DNA of 59,362 bases, taken from a virus (lineage: Duplodnaviria > Caudoviricetes). A program made the translations under genes and the position numbers. Numbering within the stretch: the first letter of the stretch is position 1; each line of letters starts with the position of its first letter. Shown here one piece after another: positions 44,546-53,210 of the stretch. Under the pieces are notes generated by a model. That model had not been told where the DNA came from, made no database searches, and saw only the letters and a program-made list of their open reading frames with translations. The DNA lies in the IMG/VR virus record IMGVR_UViG_3300030106_002463, positions 1 to 59,362 of that record; one strand, given 5' to 3'.

Positions 44546-44580
44546 GGGGGGAATGATAGCACACAGTTGCCACTTGTCAA
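44537..44580 (-). promoter_or_regulatory. Early promoter cassette L (outermost)
   Basis: TTGACA-16-TATCAT with extended TG; leader ATCGAGCGA. Confidence 0.85.
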
Positions 44581-44638
44581 GGGGGTGGAAACCCCCCAAG
44601 TTATTGTTTCATTATACGTCAGGAAGGAACTCGCAACT

Positions 44639-45148
44639 ATGCCTCGTAACCCCACGGAAAAGCAAAGGAAATTCGCTCAATCGGTAGCGGAAGGTGACAG
44701 CTACTCGGAAGCGTATCGAAAAGCCTACGATGCCGAGGGGAGTTCCCCACAGACGGTGCGTGTTAACGCCCACAGAGTCGCCCATAACGCTAACGTGTCA
44801 CCTATGATAGACGAGCTAAAGGCTCGGAATGAAAGGGGATTACAGCGCAACCTAGGCTCTAGACGCCGCTGGATACTTGAAAGGCTACTAGAGGAGGCCG
44901 AGAGCCTAGAATCTACTCCAGCTTCTCGCGTTAAGTCCTTGGAATTGCTAGCGAAAATGGCTGGCATGTTCGATTCTGAGAAAGAGCGTGCAGAGAAGAG
45001 GGAGCACGCGACCGAATCGGAGCTAATTGCTGAGCTAAATCAACGACTTACGCAGATTATCGAGGAACCGCTTGAAGTTTCAGCCGTAAGTGGTGGGACT
45101 CCTGACGAACCGTCAGATGAGAATGAGGTAGACCCCACCCCCGTGTGA
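44639..45148 (+). CDS. terS: Terminase small subunit
   Basis: TEKQRKFA...SEAYRKAY HTH and RVKSLELLAK..GMF; AAGGA Shine-Dalgarno. Confidence 0.85.
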   Translation: MPRNPTEKQRKFAQSVAEGDSYSEAYRKAYDAEGSSPQTVRVNAHRVAHNANVSPMIDELKARNERGLQRNLGSRRRWILERLLEEAESLESTPASRVKSLELLAKMAGMFDSEKERAEKREHATESELIAELNQRLTQIIEEPLEVSAVSGGTPDEPSDENEVDPTPV

Positions 45149-45326
45149 GCGCAGGCGTGCGTCCGTCTGTCGTATACACTGTGTTTTGCTCATTACACCA
45201 CCAATCCCCAATATTCCTCCTAGTGTTTTAGGAATCGCCGCCTAGGAATTCTCAGGAAACACCTATAGGAGTCCCATGTGCAAAAATTTTTCACAAAAAA
45301 TTTACACAAGACTTCAAATATTACTA

Positions 45327-45355
45327 TTGACAGAGGAATCCTACCCCTATAGAAT
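45327..45355 (+). promoter_or_regulatory. Strong sigma70-type promoter with upstream A/T tracts and no downstream sense ORF
   Basis: TTGACA-17-TAGAAT. Confidence 0.7.
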
Positions 45356-45471
45356 TCTATAGGCGTTAGAATTCGATACATATAGGACTTGGTAAGAGTT
45401 TCGAGCCCACTTGATGTGGGCTCTGGCAGACTAGGATCCTAAGGCCATAGAATCCTATAGGGGCGATCCCG

Positions 45472-45807
45472 TTATCGGTAGTATCCCCCACCTATTCTGG
45501 CTCTGATTAAGCAGAACAGGAGGAGTATGCAGGCTCCTAGGCCCGCAAGGAAGTCTATTTCGGGTAGATAGACTGGCAGATGTTGGGACCAGCCAGTCGG
45601 CCCCTCCGATCCGATCGCTCTGGACCGCACTAGGAGCGCCGTTGCAGGCAGCTCCACGACCGCCTGGAAGCATTCCAAGCAATCGTCCACGGGTTCTACC
45701 CGGATGACCCACTCCCACTCATCAGATCCAACTCTTTGGAATTGGAACTCCCAGGAGTCCACCAGATGAGACTGGGGCTGATTCCAGTAAAGGGTCTTTA
45801 GCGGCAT
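45472..45807 (-). CDS. FN3-like small protein with PEP-CTERM-like C-terminal anchor
   Basis: LYWNQP...VRSRAIGSEGPTGWS, then VYLPE, a hydrophobic helix and RAR. Confidence 0.55.
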   Translation of the reverse strand: MPLKTLYWNQPQSHLVDSWEFQFQRVGSDEWEWVIRVEPVDDCLECFQAVVELPATALLVRSRAIGSEGPTGWSQHLPVYLPEIDFLAGLGACILLLFCLIRARIGGGYYR

Positions 45808-45827
45808 AGTCCGCTCCAGTGGGCAGA

Positions 45828-46265
45828 TTATCCTTCGACTTGCGGCGCTAGGGGTTTCACTTCGCGGCGACAGCGGTAGAGCACCTTGTCGAATCCGTGC
45901 CCCGCCCCGTGCTCCATCACCTCTTTACTGCCAGTAATGAACTCCACGGCGTTACAGCCGGAGTTAGCAGCCATGTTCGCAACTACCTCATGGACACGGC
46001 CAGCCGTCTCGGGAGCGGTGGAGTAGGCGCACCACAGAAACAAAATCTTTTCGCCAGTCGAGTTGTTCTCGTCGATTCGAGCGATGAAGAAACTTTCCCC
46101 CAAGGGAAAGTCTGTATCTACAAAAATCGCGGCTTGGCCGCCCGCACAGGAAGCGTAGAGATCTTCCTTCCTGAAGTCCCTCCAGGGAAGATCCTCCATA
46201 ATCGAGTCGATCTGGGGCGAGATGGCATCCCAAGAATCTTGAACGCGGACAGCTTGAATGGGCAT
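45828..46265 (-). CDS. GNAT-fold acetyltransferase-like protein
   Basis: LFLWCAY...ANMAANSGC..VEF...HGF pattern; AAGGA Shine-Dalgarno before MPIQ. Confidence 0.5.
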   Translation of the reverse strand: MPIQAVRVQDSWDAISPQIDSIMEDLPWRDFRKEDLYASCAGGQAAIFVDTDFPLGESFFIARIDENNSTGEKILFLWCAYSTAPETAGRVHEVVANMAANSGCNAVEFITGSKEVMEHGAGHGFDKVLYRCRREVKPLAPQVEG

Positions 46266-46291
46266 TTCTTTCCTTTTTTTCAGTAGGGGTG

Positions 46292-46320
46292 TTGACGGTT
46301 TGTCAACCCCTCCGTATAAT
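46292..46320 (+). promoter_or_regulatory. Late-operon promoter with a palindrome over the -35 box
   Basis: TTGACG-17-TATAAT; inverted repeat GTTGAC-GGTTT-GTCAAC. Confidence 0.75.
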
Positions 46321-46369
46321 AGAATTGGGATAAGTGTAGGGAAGGGGCCTGCCTTATACAAATCCTATT

Positions 46370-46413
46370 GGCGCTCCTCCCGTTCCCTTTCCGGGGGTTG
46401 AGCGCCTTTTTTT
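46370..46413 (+). terminator. Intrinsic terminator in the late leader
   Basis: GGCGCTC...GAGCGCC stem followed by seven T. Confidence 0.7.
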
Positions 46414-46446
46414 GAGCGGGTGGGTAATAACCCGTAGAGAAACAAA

Positions 46447-47970
46447 GTGGCTATCGAAGGATTAAGTCCGGACCTCATATCAGCTCTACCTAATCTTGGG
46501 CACCTCGGCGACGAGGACAAGAGGGAAGTGCTGGACATAATTGATCGACTGCAAGAACTTCAGTCGTATAAGAATGCAAGGCTAAGCTTTATGGACTTCG
46601 TTCATATGGTTTGGCCTTCTTTCATTGAGGGGTCGCACCACAAGATCATGGGGGAAGCCTTTGAGGATGTGGTTCTCAAAGATGACAAACGTCTTATCAT
46701 TAACATGGCTCCTCGCCATACAAAGTCGGAGTTCGCTTCTTTTCTACTCCCTGCTTGGTTCCTCGGAAACTTTCCGGAAAAGAAAGTAATTCAGACAGCA
46801 CATACCGCAGAACTGGCGGTGGGGTTCGGGCGAAAGGTAAGAAACCTTTTCGAAACAGACGAGTTCAAGAAGGTTTTCCCTGGAGTAGCACTCAGATCAG
46901 ACTCTAAGGCGGCAGGCCGCTGGGCAACAAATCACGGGGGTGAATACTTCGCAATCGGCGTGGGTGGCGCGGTAACAGGTAAGGGTGCGGATCTTCTTAT
47001 TATCGACGATCCCCACTCAGAGCAGGAAGCGCAATTAGGGGACGCCACTGTCTTCGACAAAGTTTACGAGTGGTACACGTCAGGCCCCCGCCAGCGGTTG
47101 CAGCCGGGAGGACGGATCATTCAGGTAGCAACTCGGTGGTCTCAACGGGACTTGACGGGGCAGCTACTCAAGAACTCGGCAGAAAGAGAAGGGACGGATC
47201 AATGGAAGGTCATTGAGTTCCCGGCGATCCTTCCTTCTGGTAATCCGCTTTGGCCTGAGTTCTGGTCGATCGATGAACTGACGAAGGTTAAATCTGAGCT
47301 TCCAGCTTCTAAATGGTCTGCTCAGTACCAACAGGATCCTACAGCCGACGAGGCTGCGATCATCAAAAGAGAGTGGTGGAGAGTCTGGGAGTATCAAGAA
47401 CCTCCCCCGTGCGACTTCATCATACAGTCTTGGGATACAGCGTTTCTCAAGACAGAAAGAGCCGACTTCTCAGCCTGTACGACATGGGGCGTTTTCTACA
47501 GCGACGATACTGAAGATGGTAGGATAAGGCCGAATCTCATCCTTTTGAACGCCTTTCAGGACCGAATGGAGTTCCCTGAGCTAAAGAGGAGGGCGTTTGA
47601 CGAGTATCAAGATTGGCAACCAGATGCCTGCATCGTCGAAGCGAAGGCAGCAGGATCTCCTCTGATTTTTGAATTGAGACAGATGGGTGTTCCTGTAAGT
47701 GAATACACCCCGTCTAGAGGTAGAGACAAGATTGCTCGCGTGAACGCAGTCGCAGATCTGTTTGCTTCTGGAACAGTGTGGGCACCGAGCAAGAGATTCG
47801 CAGAAGAAGTGATAGAGCAGTTCGCTGGATTCCCCGGCGCGTCTGCTCATGATGACTTGGTGGACTCGTCCACTCAGGCATTACTTAGATTCAGGCAAGG
47901 CGGCTTCGTCCCGATCGATAGCGACGAAGAGCTTGTATACGAACCAAAGCGGGCGTACTCGCCCTACTAG
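46447..47970 (+). CDS. terL: Terminase large subunit
   Basis: NMAPRHTKS (Walker A), TGKGADLLIIDDP (Walker B), QSWDTA, IVEAKAAG and HDDLVDS nuclease motifs. Confidence 0.97.
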   Translation: MAIEGLSPDLISALPNLGHLGDEDKREVLDIIDRLQELQSYKNARLSFMDFVHMVWPSFIEGSHHKIMGEAFEDVVLKDDKRLIINMAPRHTKSEFASFLLPAWFLGNFPEKKVIQTAHTAELAVGFGRKVRNLFETDEFKKVFPGVALRSDSKAAGRWATNHGGEYFAIGVGGAVTGKGADLLIIDDPHSEQEAQLGDATVFDKVYEWYTSGPRQRLQPGGRIIQVATRWSQRDLTGQLLKNSAEREGTDQWKVIEFPAILPSGNPLWPEFWSIDELTKVKSELPASKWSAQYQQDPTADEAAIIKREWWRVWEYQEPPPCDFIIQSWDTAFLKTERADFSACTTWGVFYSDDTEDGRIRPNLILLNAFQDRMEFPELKRRAFDEYQDWQPDACIVEAKAAGSPLIFELRQMGVPVSEYTPSRGRDKIARVNAVADLFASGTVWAPSKRFAEEVIEQFAGFPGASAHDDLVDSSTQALLRFRQGGFVPIDSDEELVYEPKRAYSPY

Positions 47971-47978
47971 GTAGCTAA

Positions 47979-50465
47979 ATGGCAATAGAGCCTGCATTCC
48001 CGAATATGCCCAACCCTCTTGCTGGCGACATGGAAGATGTCGTCGAAGATGACGGCGTATCCATTGCTATAGAGAATCCCGATTCCGTTATTGTCGAGAC
48101 GGAAGACGGTGGGATGCTGATTGATTTCAACCCCGATGCCTTGACGGGGTTAGATGTGGGGTTTGATGCAAATCTCGCAGAGCATATGGATGACAGAGAG
48201 CTTGGCAGACTAGCCTCTGAGCTTGTCGGTTTAGCCAGATCTGATCTTGATTCGAGGAAAGACTGGGAAGAGACCTATATCGAAGGTCTCAAGCAGCTTG
48301 GTATGAAGATCGAGGATCGCTCTACTCCCTGGCCGGGGGCTTGCGGTGTGCAACATCCGGTTCTTGCTGAAGCGGTTGTCAGATTTCAGGCGCAGACAAT
48401 CACTGAGATTTTCCCGAACGATGGCCCCGTAAAGGTCAAGATGTTTGGGAAGATGACTGATGATAAGGAAAAGCAGGCATACAGAGTCAAGGAGTACATG
48501 AACTACTTGATTACTGAGGAGATGCCGGAGTATCGATCCGAAACGGAAAAGATGCTCTTTAACCTTGCGCTAGCTGGCTCCGCCTTCCGCAAGGTCTACT
48601 GGGATCCGGCGATGAATCGGCCCTGCTCGATGTTTATTCCCGCAGAGGATCTTCTTGTTGCGTATGGCTCTCCTTCGCTTGAGATGGCAGAGCGCGTTAC
48701 GCATATAATGAAGAAAACCTCTAACGAGGTCAGGAAGCTTCAGGTGTCTGGTTTCTACAGGGACACGGAGCTTTCTTCGGGATCTGTGGAGAACTCTGAC
48801 ATACAGGAAGAGTACGACGACTTAACCGGGGATTCGCCTTCTTATGAGGCAGGAGATCGGCACCTCCTCTACGAGATGCACCTCGACTGGGATCTCGAAG
48901 GCTTTGAGGATATGCAGGACGGGAACCCTACAGGTGTCGCCCTCCCCTACGTCATCACGATCGACGCGACGAATTCTGAAGTTCTTTCGATCCGAAGAAA
49001 TTGGATCGAGGGCGACCCGAACAAGATCAGAAGGAACCACTTCGTCCATTACGAGTACCTTCCGGGCATGGGGTTCTATGGCTTTGGCCTGATTCATCTT
49101 ATCGGAGGCATCGCCAAGTCGGCCACTTCCTTGCTCCGCCAGCTTGTTGACTCCGGAACGCTCGCGAATCTTCCCGGCGGGCTCAAGGCTAGAGGTCTTA
49201 GAATCAAGGGAGATGACTCCCCGATTATGCCGGGAGAGTTTAGGGACGTAGATGTACCGGGTGGCGCGATCAGGGACAACATCACGTTCCTTCCGTACAA
49301 GGAACCTTCGAATGTTCTGTATCAGCTTCTTGGAAATATCGTAGAAGAGGGTAGAAGATTCGCCTCCATCACTGACATGAAGATCTCCGATATGAACCAG
49401 CAGGCTCCTGTAGGAACCACGCTGGCGATTATCGAAAGATCCATGAAGGTGATGAATGCAATTCAGGCCAGAATCCATTATTCGATGAAGAAAGAGTTCA
49501 AGCTTCTTTCTGGCATCGTTCGTGACTATATGCCCGAGGATTATGAGTGGGAGGTTGATGGCGGCGATGTGATGAAGACCGACGACTTCAACGGTCGCAT
49601 GGACGTAATCCCCGTCAGTGATCCCAATTCCTCTACGATGGCACAGAGAATTATGCAGTATCAGGCGGCGTTGCAGTTAGCTTCTACTGCTCCGCAGCTT
49701 TACAACCTTTCCGAACTCCATCGACAGATGCTTGATGTTCTTGGGATTCAGGATGCAGAAGACATTGTTCCGACTGATGAGGATGTAAAGCCGATTGATC
49801 CCGTCTCTGAGAACATGAACATCCTCAAGACTGATCCTGTAAGAGCGTTTGCTTGGCAGGATCATGATGCCCATATTCAGGTTCACCTTGACGCTGCTCA
49901 AGATCCGAAGATGCTGGCAGTCGTCAAGAATTCTCCCAAGGCTAAACAGATTGAAGCGTCCCTTGCTGCCCATGTGATTGAACATCTTGGCTTTAAGTAT
50001 CGAAGAGAAATCGAAAAGGAACTTGGCGTGGAACTTCCGCCCTATGGCGAGCCTCTCCCGAGAGATGTTGAGGTTAGAATTTCTTCGCTCGTTGCTGAAG
50101 CTGGCAGCCGCCTCCTTGGTCGTGATGTGGCAGAAATGCAGTTGAAGCAGCAGATGGCAAAGATGCAGGATCCTGTCGTTCAGCAGCAGAATAAGAAGCT
50201 TGAGATTGAAGAGACCAGAGTTCAGGCGAAGATGCAGAGCGATGCTGCTCGGATCGCAGCAGATCTTAAGAAGGCGGCACTCAGGGCTGATGTCGAAAGG
50301 GAGAAGATGGAGTCTGCCGAAATGCTTAAGGGCATGGAGATCGGCGCCGACACCGTGATCGAAAATCGAAAGATCGATGTCCAAGAAGATGAAATTGAAG
50401 CAGAAAAGCTTTTAGAGGGAATAAAGCTTGGAAGCCAAATAACGAAAGAGTCTAGGGAGGACTGA
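47979..50465 (+). CDS. Portal protein
   Basis: Follows TerL; HPVLAEAVVRFQA, GFYGFGL, LRQLVDSGTLANLP. Confidence 0.9.
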   Translation: MAIEPAFPNMPNPLAGDMEDVVEDDGVSIAIENPDSVIVETEDGGMLIDFNPDALTGLDVGFDANLAEHMDDRELGRLASELVGLARSDLDSRKDWEETYIEGLKQLGMKIEDRSTPWPGACGVQHPVLAEAVVRFQAQTITEIFPNDGPVKVKMFGKMTDDKEKQAYRVKEYMNYLITEEMPEYRSETEKMLFNLALAGSAFRKVYWDPAMNRPCSMFIPAEDLLVAYGSPSLEMAERVTHIMKKTSNEVRKLQVSGFYRDTELSSGSVENSDIQEEYDDLTGDSPSYEAGDRHLLYEMHLDWDLEGFEDMQDGNPTGVALPYVITIDATNSEVLSIRRNWIEGDPNKIRRNHFVHYEYLPGMGFYGFGLIHLIGGIAKSATSLLRQLVDSGTLANLPGGLKARGLRIKGDDSPIMPGEFRDVDVPGGAIRDNITFLPYKEPSNVLYQLLGNIVEEGRRFASITDMKISDMNQQAPVGTTLAIIERSMKVMNAIQARIHYSMKKEFKLLSGIVRDYMPEDYEWEVDGGDVMKTDDFNGRMDVIPVSDPNSSTMAQRIMQYQAALQLASTAPQLYNLSELHRQMLDVLGIQDAEDIVPTDEDVKPIDPVSENMNILKTDPVRAFAWQDHDAHIQVHLDAAQDPKMLAVVKNSPKAKQIEASLAAHVIEHLGFKYRREIEKELGVELPPYGEPLPRDVEVRISSLVAEAGSRLLGRDVAEMQLKQQMAKMQDPVVQQQNKKLEIEETRVQAKMQSDAARIAADLKKAALRADVEREKMESAEMLKGMEIGADTVIENRKIDVQEDEIEAEKLLEGIKLGSQITKESRED

Positions 50466-50659
50466 TGGCAGCTTCTTTGAGCGAGGTTTTCTTAGCCAAG
50501 CTTCGGGAGACTTTAAATGATAAGGCAGATGACTTAGCGACCGGATGCGCTGGTGACTTTGCTGATTACAGATTTCGTGTTGGATACATTGAGGGGATCG
50601 CAACGGCAGAGCGCGAGTTCCTTGATCTAATCGAGCGCGCCGCAGAAGTAGATAGTTAA
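50465..50659 (+). CDS. Small conserved head-module protein
   Basis: LA.G...DF.DYR..VG.I.G pattern. Confidence 0.65.
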   Translation: MAASLSEVFLAKLRETLNDKADDLATGCAGDFADYRFRVGYIEGIATAEREFLDLIERAAEVDS

Positions 50660-50732
50660 CGTCCGATTGGACGCGAGGGCTCTTCCTCCCCCTCAAGTGA
50701 GGATGCAATCAGCGAAAGCTGCAAGGAAAACA

Positions 50733-51128
50733 ATGCCCGACACTGAGTCGTCAGAGGAGTTAGAGGATTATCACGAGATTCTGAACAAAGCCGGAGATCA
50801 GTTGCCAAAGCCAACAGGCTGGAAGATTCTGATTGCTGTGCCCAGAGCAGATCGAGTGACCGATGGTGGTATCTACAAGCCCGATGAAGCAATGCGAGTC
50901 GAAGAGGTAGGCACAATTATCGGATTGGTTCTTCAGATGGGAGATCTTGCTTATAAAGATCCCAATAAGTTCCCTACAGGAAACTGGTGCCATCGCGGTG
51001 ATTTTATCATGATGCGCTCTTATTCAGGCACAAGGTTTCGTGTAGGAGAGCAAGAGTTCCGATTAATCAATGATGACACGGTAGAAGCCGTTGTTGAAGA
51101 TCCCAGAGGGGTTGTGAAAGTAGTATGA
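50733..51128 (+). CDS. GroES-like co-chaperonin
   Basis: PKPTGWKILI...TDGGIY...GLVLQMG...GDFI...YSGT...EFRLINDD.V.AVV. Confidence 0.85.
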   Translation: MPDTESSEELEDYHEILNKAGDQLPKPTGWKILIAVPRADRVTDGGIYKPDEAMRVEEVGTIIGLVLQMGDLAYKDPNKFPTGNWCHRGDFIMMRSYSGTRFRVGEQEFRLINDDTVEAVVEDPRGVVKVV

Positions 51129-52093
51129 GTACGGAGCAGATCGTCTCGTCGCCCATGAGCGACGCACCCAAGGATGATGAAGTTCTGGACGAACCGGGGC
51201 TTGAAGTCGATGTTGTCGATGACACCCCGGAGGAGGACAGGGGGAGAATTCCTCCTCTGTCTAGGTCCGCTGAAGATCATGAAGAAGAGCTGACAGATGT
51301 CAGTAATAATGTTCAGAAGCGCATCAAGAAGCTTAAGTATGACTTCCATGAAGAAAGAAGAGCAAAGGAAGCTTCGTCTCGAATGCGGGATGAAGCTGTC
51401 ACTTACGCTCAGAGGCTTCATAAGGAAAACGAAAAGCTTCGTGATCTGGTAAATCGAGGAGAACAGGTTCTCGTCGATGAAGTCAAAACAAGAACAGAGA
51501 AGGAATTAGAGGCCGCAAGGTTTCAGTTGAAGAGAGCCCATGAGGAGGGCGATCCTGAATCGATCGTTAGCGCGCAGGAGCTTTTGGCTAAGGCCGCTTA
51601 CGACTCGCAAAAAGTTCAGGAGTATGTCCCCCAGCAGCCTACACAGGCCGCGCCGCCAGTTCCTAAACAACAGGCTCAGGCACAGCCCGATCCTAAGGCG
51701 GCTAATTGGGCAAGAGAAAATCCCTGGTTTAGAACCGACAAAGAAATGACGGCTGTCGCTTTAGCTGTTCATGAGGATCTGGTTACCCAGGGTGTCGATA
51801 CAAAGTCTGATGATTACTATCAGGCGATCGATAACAGAATCAGGGAAAGGTTCCCTGAAAAGTTCGGTGGTGATGTTCAGGAAGATGTAGAGATTCCTGA
51901 AGATCCGGCTCTTCGTTCCGATGAGAACCGCCGAAAGCCCTCGACGGTGGTAGCACCTGCAAAGCGATCATCTGGTGCAAAACCGCGCAAAGTTCAGCTA
52001 ACGAAGACCCAGGTCGCTCTCGCAAAGCGTCTGGGTATTTCTCCTGAAAGTTACGCCAAACAACTCTTAAAGTTGGAGAATCAAAATGGCTAG
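51125..52093 (+). CDS. Capsid scaffolding protein
   Basis: Acidic coiled coil, W..ENPWF, C-terminal LT..Q..LAKRLG. Confidence 0.75.
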   Translation: MSTEQIVSSPMSDAPKDDEVLDEPGLEVDVVDDTPEEDRGRIPPLSRSAEDHEEELTDVSNNVQKRIKKLKYDFHEERRAKEASSRMRDEAVTYAQRLHKENEKLRDLVNRGEQVLVDEVKTRTEKELEAARFQLKRAHEEGDPESIVSAQELLAKAAYDSQKVQEYVPQQPTQAAPPVPKQQAQAQPDPKAANWARENPWFRTDKEMTAVALAVHEDLVTQGVDTKSDDYYQAIDNRIRERFPEKFGGDVQEDVEIPEDPALRSDENRRKPSTVVAPAKRSSGAKPRKVQLTKTQVALAKRLGISPESYAKQLLKLENQNG

Positions 52094-52565
52094 AGGCGAT
52101 ACCGCCAATGAGGAACAGGATCCTCGCGCTAAGAGAGAACATGACACTAGAGAGACGTTCTCTCGCCCGGCTTCTTGGGTGCCCCCCACTGTGCTTCCCG
52201 TTCCCGATCCGCAGGATGGATGGGAATATCGTTGGATCAGAGTTTCCATGCGTGGAGATTCTGATAACACGAATGTTTCCCGAAAGTATCGGGAAGGCTG
52301 GGAGCCTGTCAGGTTGGAAGACCATCCTGAGTTAAAGCTTATTCCGGATATCGATAATCGATTTGATGGAATGGCTGTAATTGGTGGCCTGATGCTTTGC
52401 AAAAACGAGACTGGTCTCATGGATCAGAAACGTGAACACAATAGACAACAGGCCGAGGGTCAGATGCAAGCCGTTGATAATAACTTGATGAGAGAAAATG
52501 ATGCGAGAATGCCTCTGCTCCCTCCGGACAGAAGCACTCGCGTCAAGTTTGGCGACGGCTCTTAG
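52086..52565 (+). CDS. Conserved head-module protein
   Basis: W.PP..LP.P...YRWIR...EGWEPV...GGLML. Confidence 0.65.
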   Translation: MARGDTANEEQDPRAKREHDTRETFSRPASWVPPTVLPVPDPQDGWEYRWIRVSMRGDSDNTNVSRKYREGWEPVRLEDHPELKLIPDIDNRFDGMAVIGGLMLCKNETGLMDQKREHNRQQAEGQMQAVDNNLMRENDARMPLLPPDRSTRVKFGDGS

Positions 52566-52612
52566 GAGACGTTCTCCTACAAGTCGCCGCTTGATTTCTA
52601 GGAGAAACTAAA

Positions 52613-53197
52613 ATGGCTATTTATGGAGGCTTCCAAGTTAGAAGCTCCGCCGTTTCGGCAGAATCGGTGACGATGGCTTTCAAGATCGACAGTGGTGAAA
52701 CTGGAGATATGTTCGAGGGCGACCTCATCGCGGTGAACACCGATGGTGCGGTTAGTGCCGCAGTTGCAGACGGCGATTTAGCGGTTGCTGGTGTCTTCGT
52801 TGGTTGCAATTACACGAATTCCGAAGGAGAGCGTGTTTATGCAAACAACTATGATGTCACCATTGCTCGCGATGACAATGTTGCCTTTGTTAATGTTAAC
52901 CCTTTTCAGATCTACTCGGTCAGAGTTGGAACTGGTGGAACGGAGGGGACTATTACTCAGGCAGCAATCGGTATGTCCCTTGACATTGACGGAACTAATG
53001 CCGGCAACGCTACTACTGGACTGAGTGGCCAGATGGCTAAGACGGGTACGGAAGCTGCAACGGCTAGAGTTCGCGTTGTTGGTGTTACTAACTTGGATGG
53101 AGTTGATCCGTACACGCAGGCTCCTGGCACCAATTACACCCATGCTCTTTGCATAATTGACCCCGCAACCAGTCTTTGGACTGGTGTCGGAAGATAA
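52613..53197 (+). CDS. Capsid decoration/cement-type protein
   Basis: F.GD.., GVFVGC.Y and G...TGLS motifs immediately upstream of the MCP. Confidence 0.6.
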   Translation: MAIYGGFQVRSSAVSAESVTMAFKIDSGETGDMFEGDLIAVNTDGAVSAAVADGDLAVAGVFVGCNYTNSEGERVYANNYDVTIARDDNVAFVNVNPFQIYSVRVGTGGTEGTITQAAIGMSLDIDGTNAGNATTGLSGQMAKTGTEAATARVRVVGVTNLDGVDPYTQAPGTNYTHALCIIDPATSLWTGVGR

Positions 53198-53210
53198 GGA
53201 GTAACTAATC

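Larger units (their letters stand above)
39707..44580 (-). repeat. Array of 12 dispersed promoter-hairpin-leader cassettes of about 55 bp
   Basis: Consensus on minus strand GGGGTTGACA-N14-TGC-TAnnnT-N6-ATC(G/A)AACGAAAGGGGTT; TTGACA boxes at 39754, 40898, 41428, 42007, 42740, 43103, 43388, 43842, 44119, 44337, 44462 and 44575. Confidence 0.95.

Noticed and set aside
39707-44580. Repeats interpreted as a CRISPR array
   Set aside because: Intervals are 70-1100 bp and mostly contain genes, the repeats vary internally and read as promoters plus RBS, and no cas operon is present
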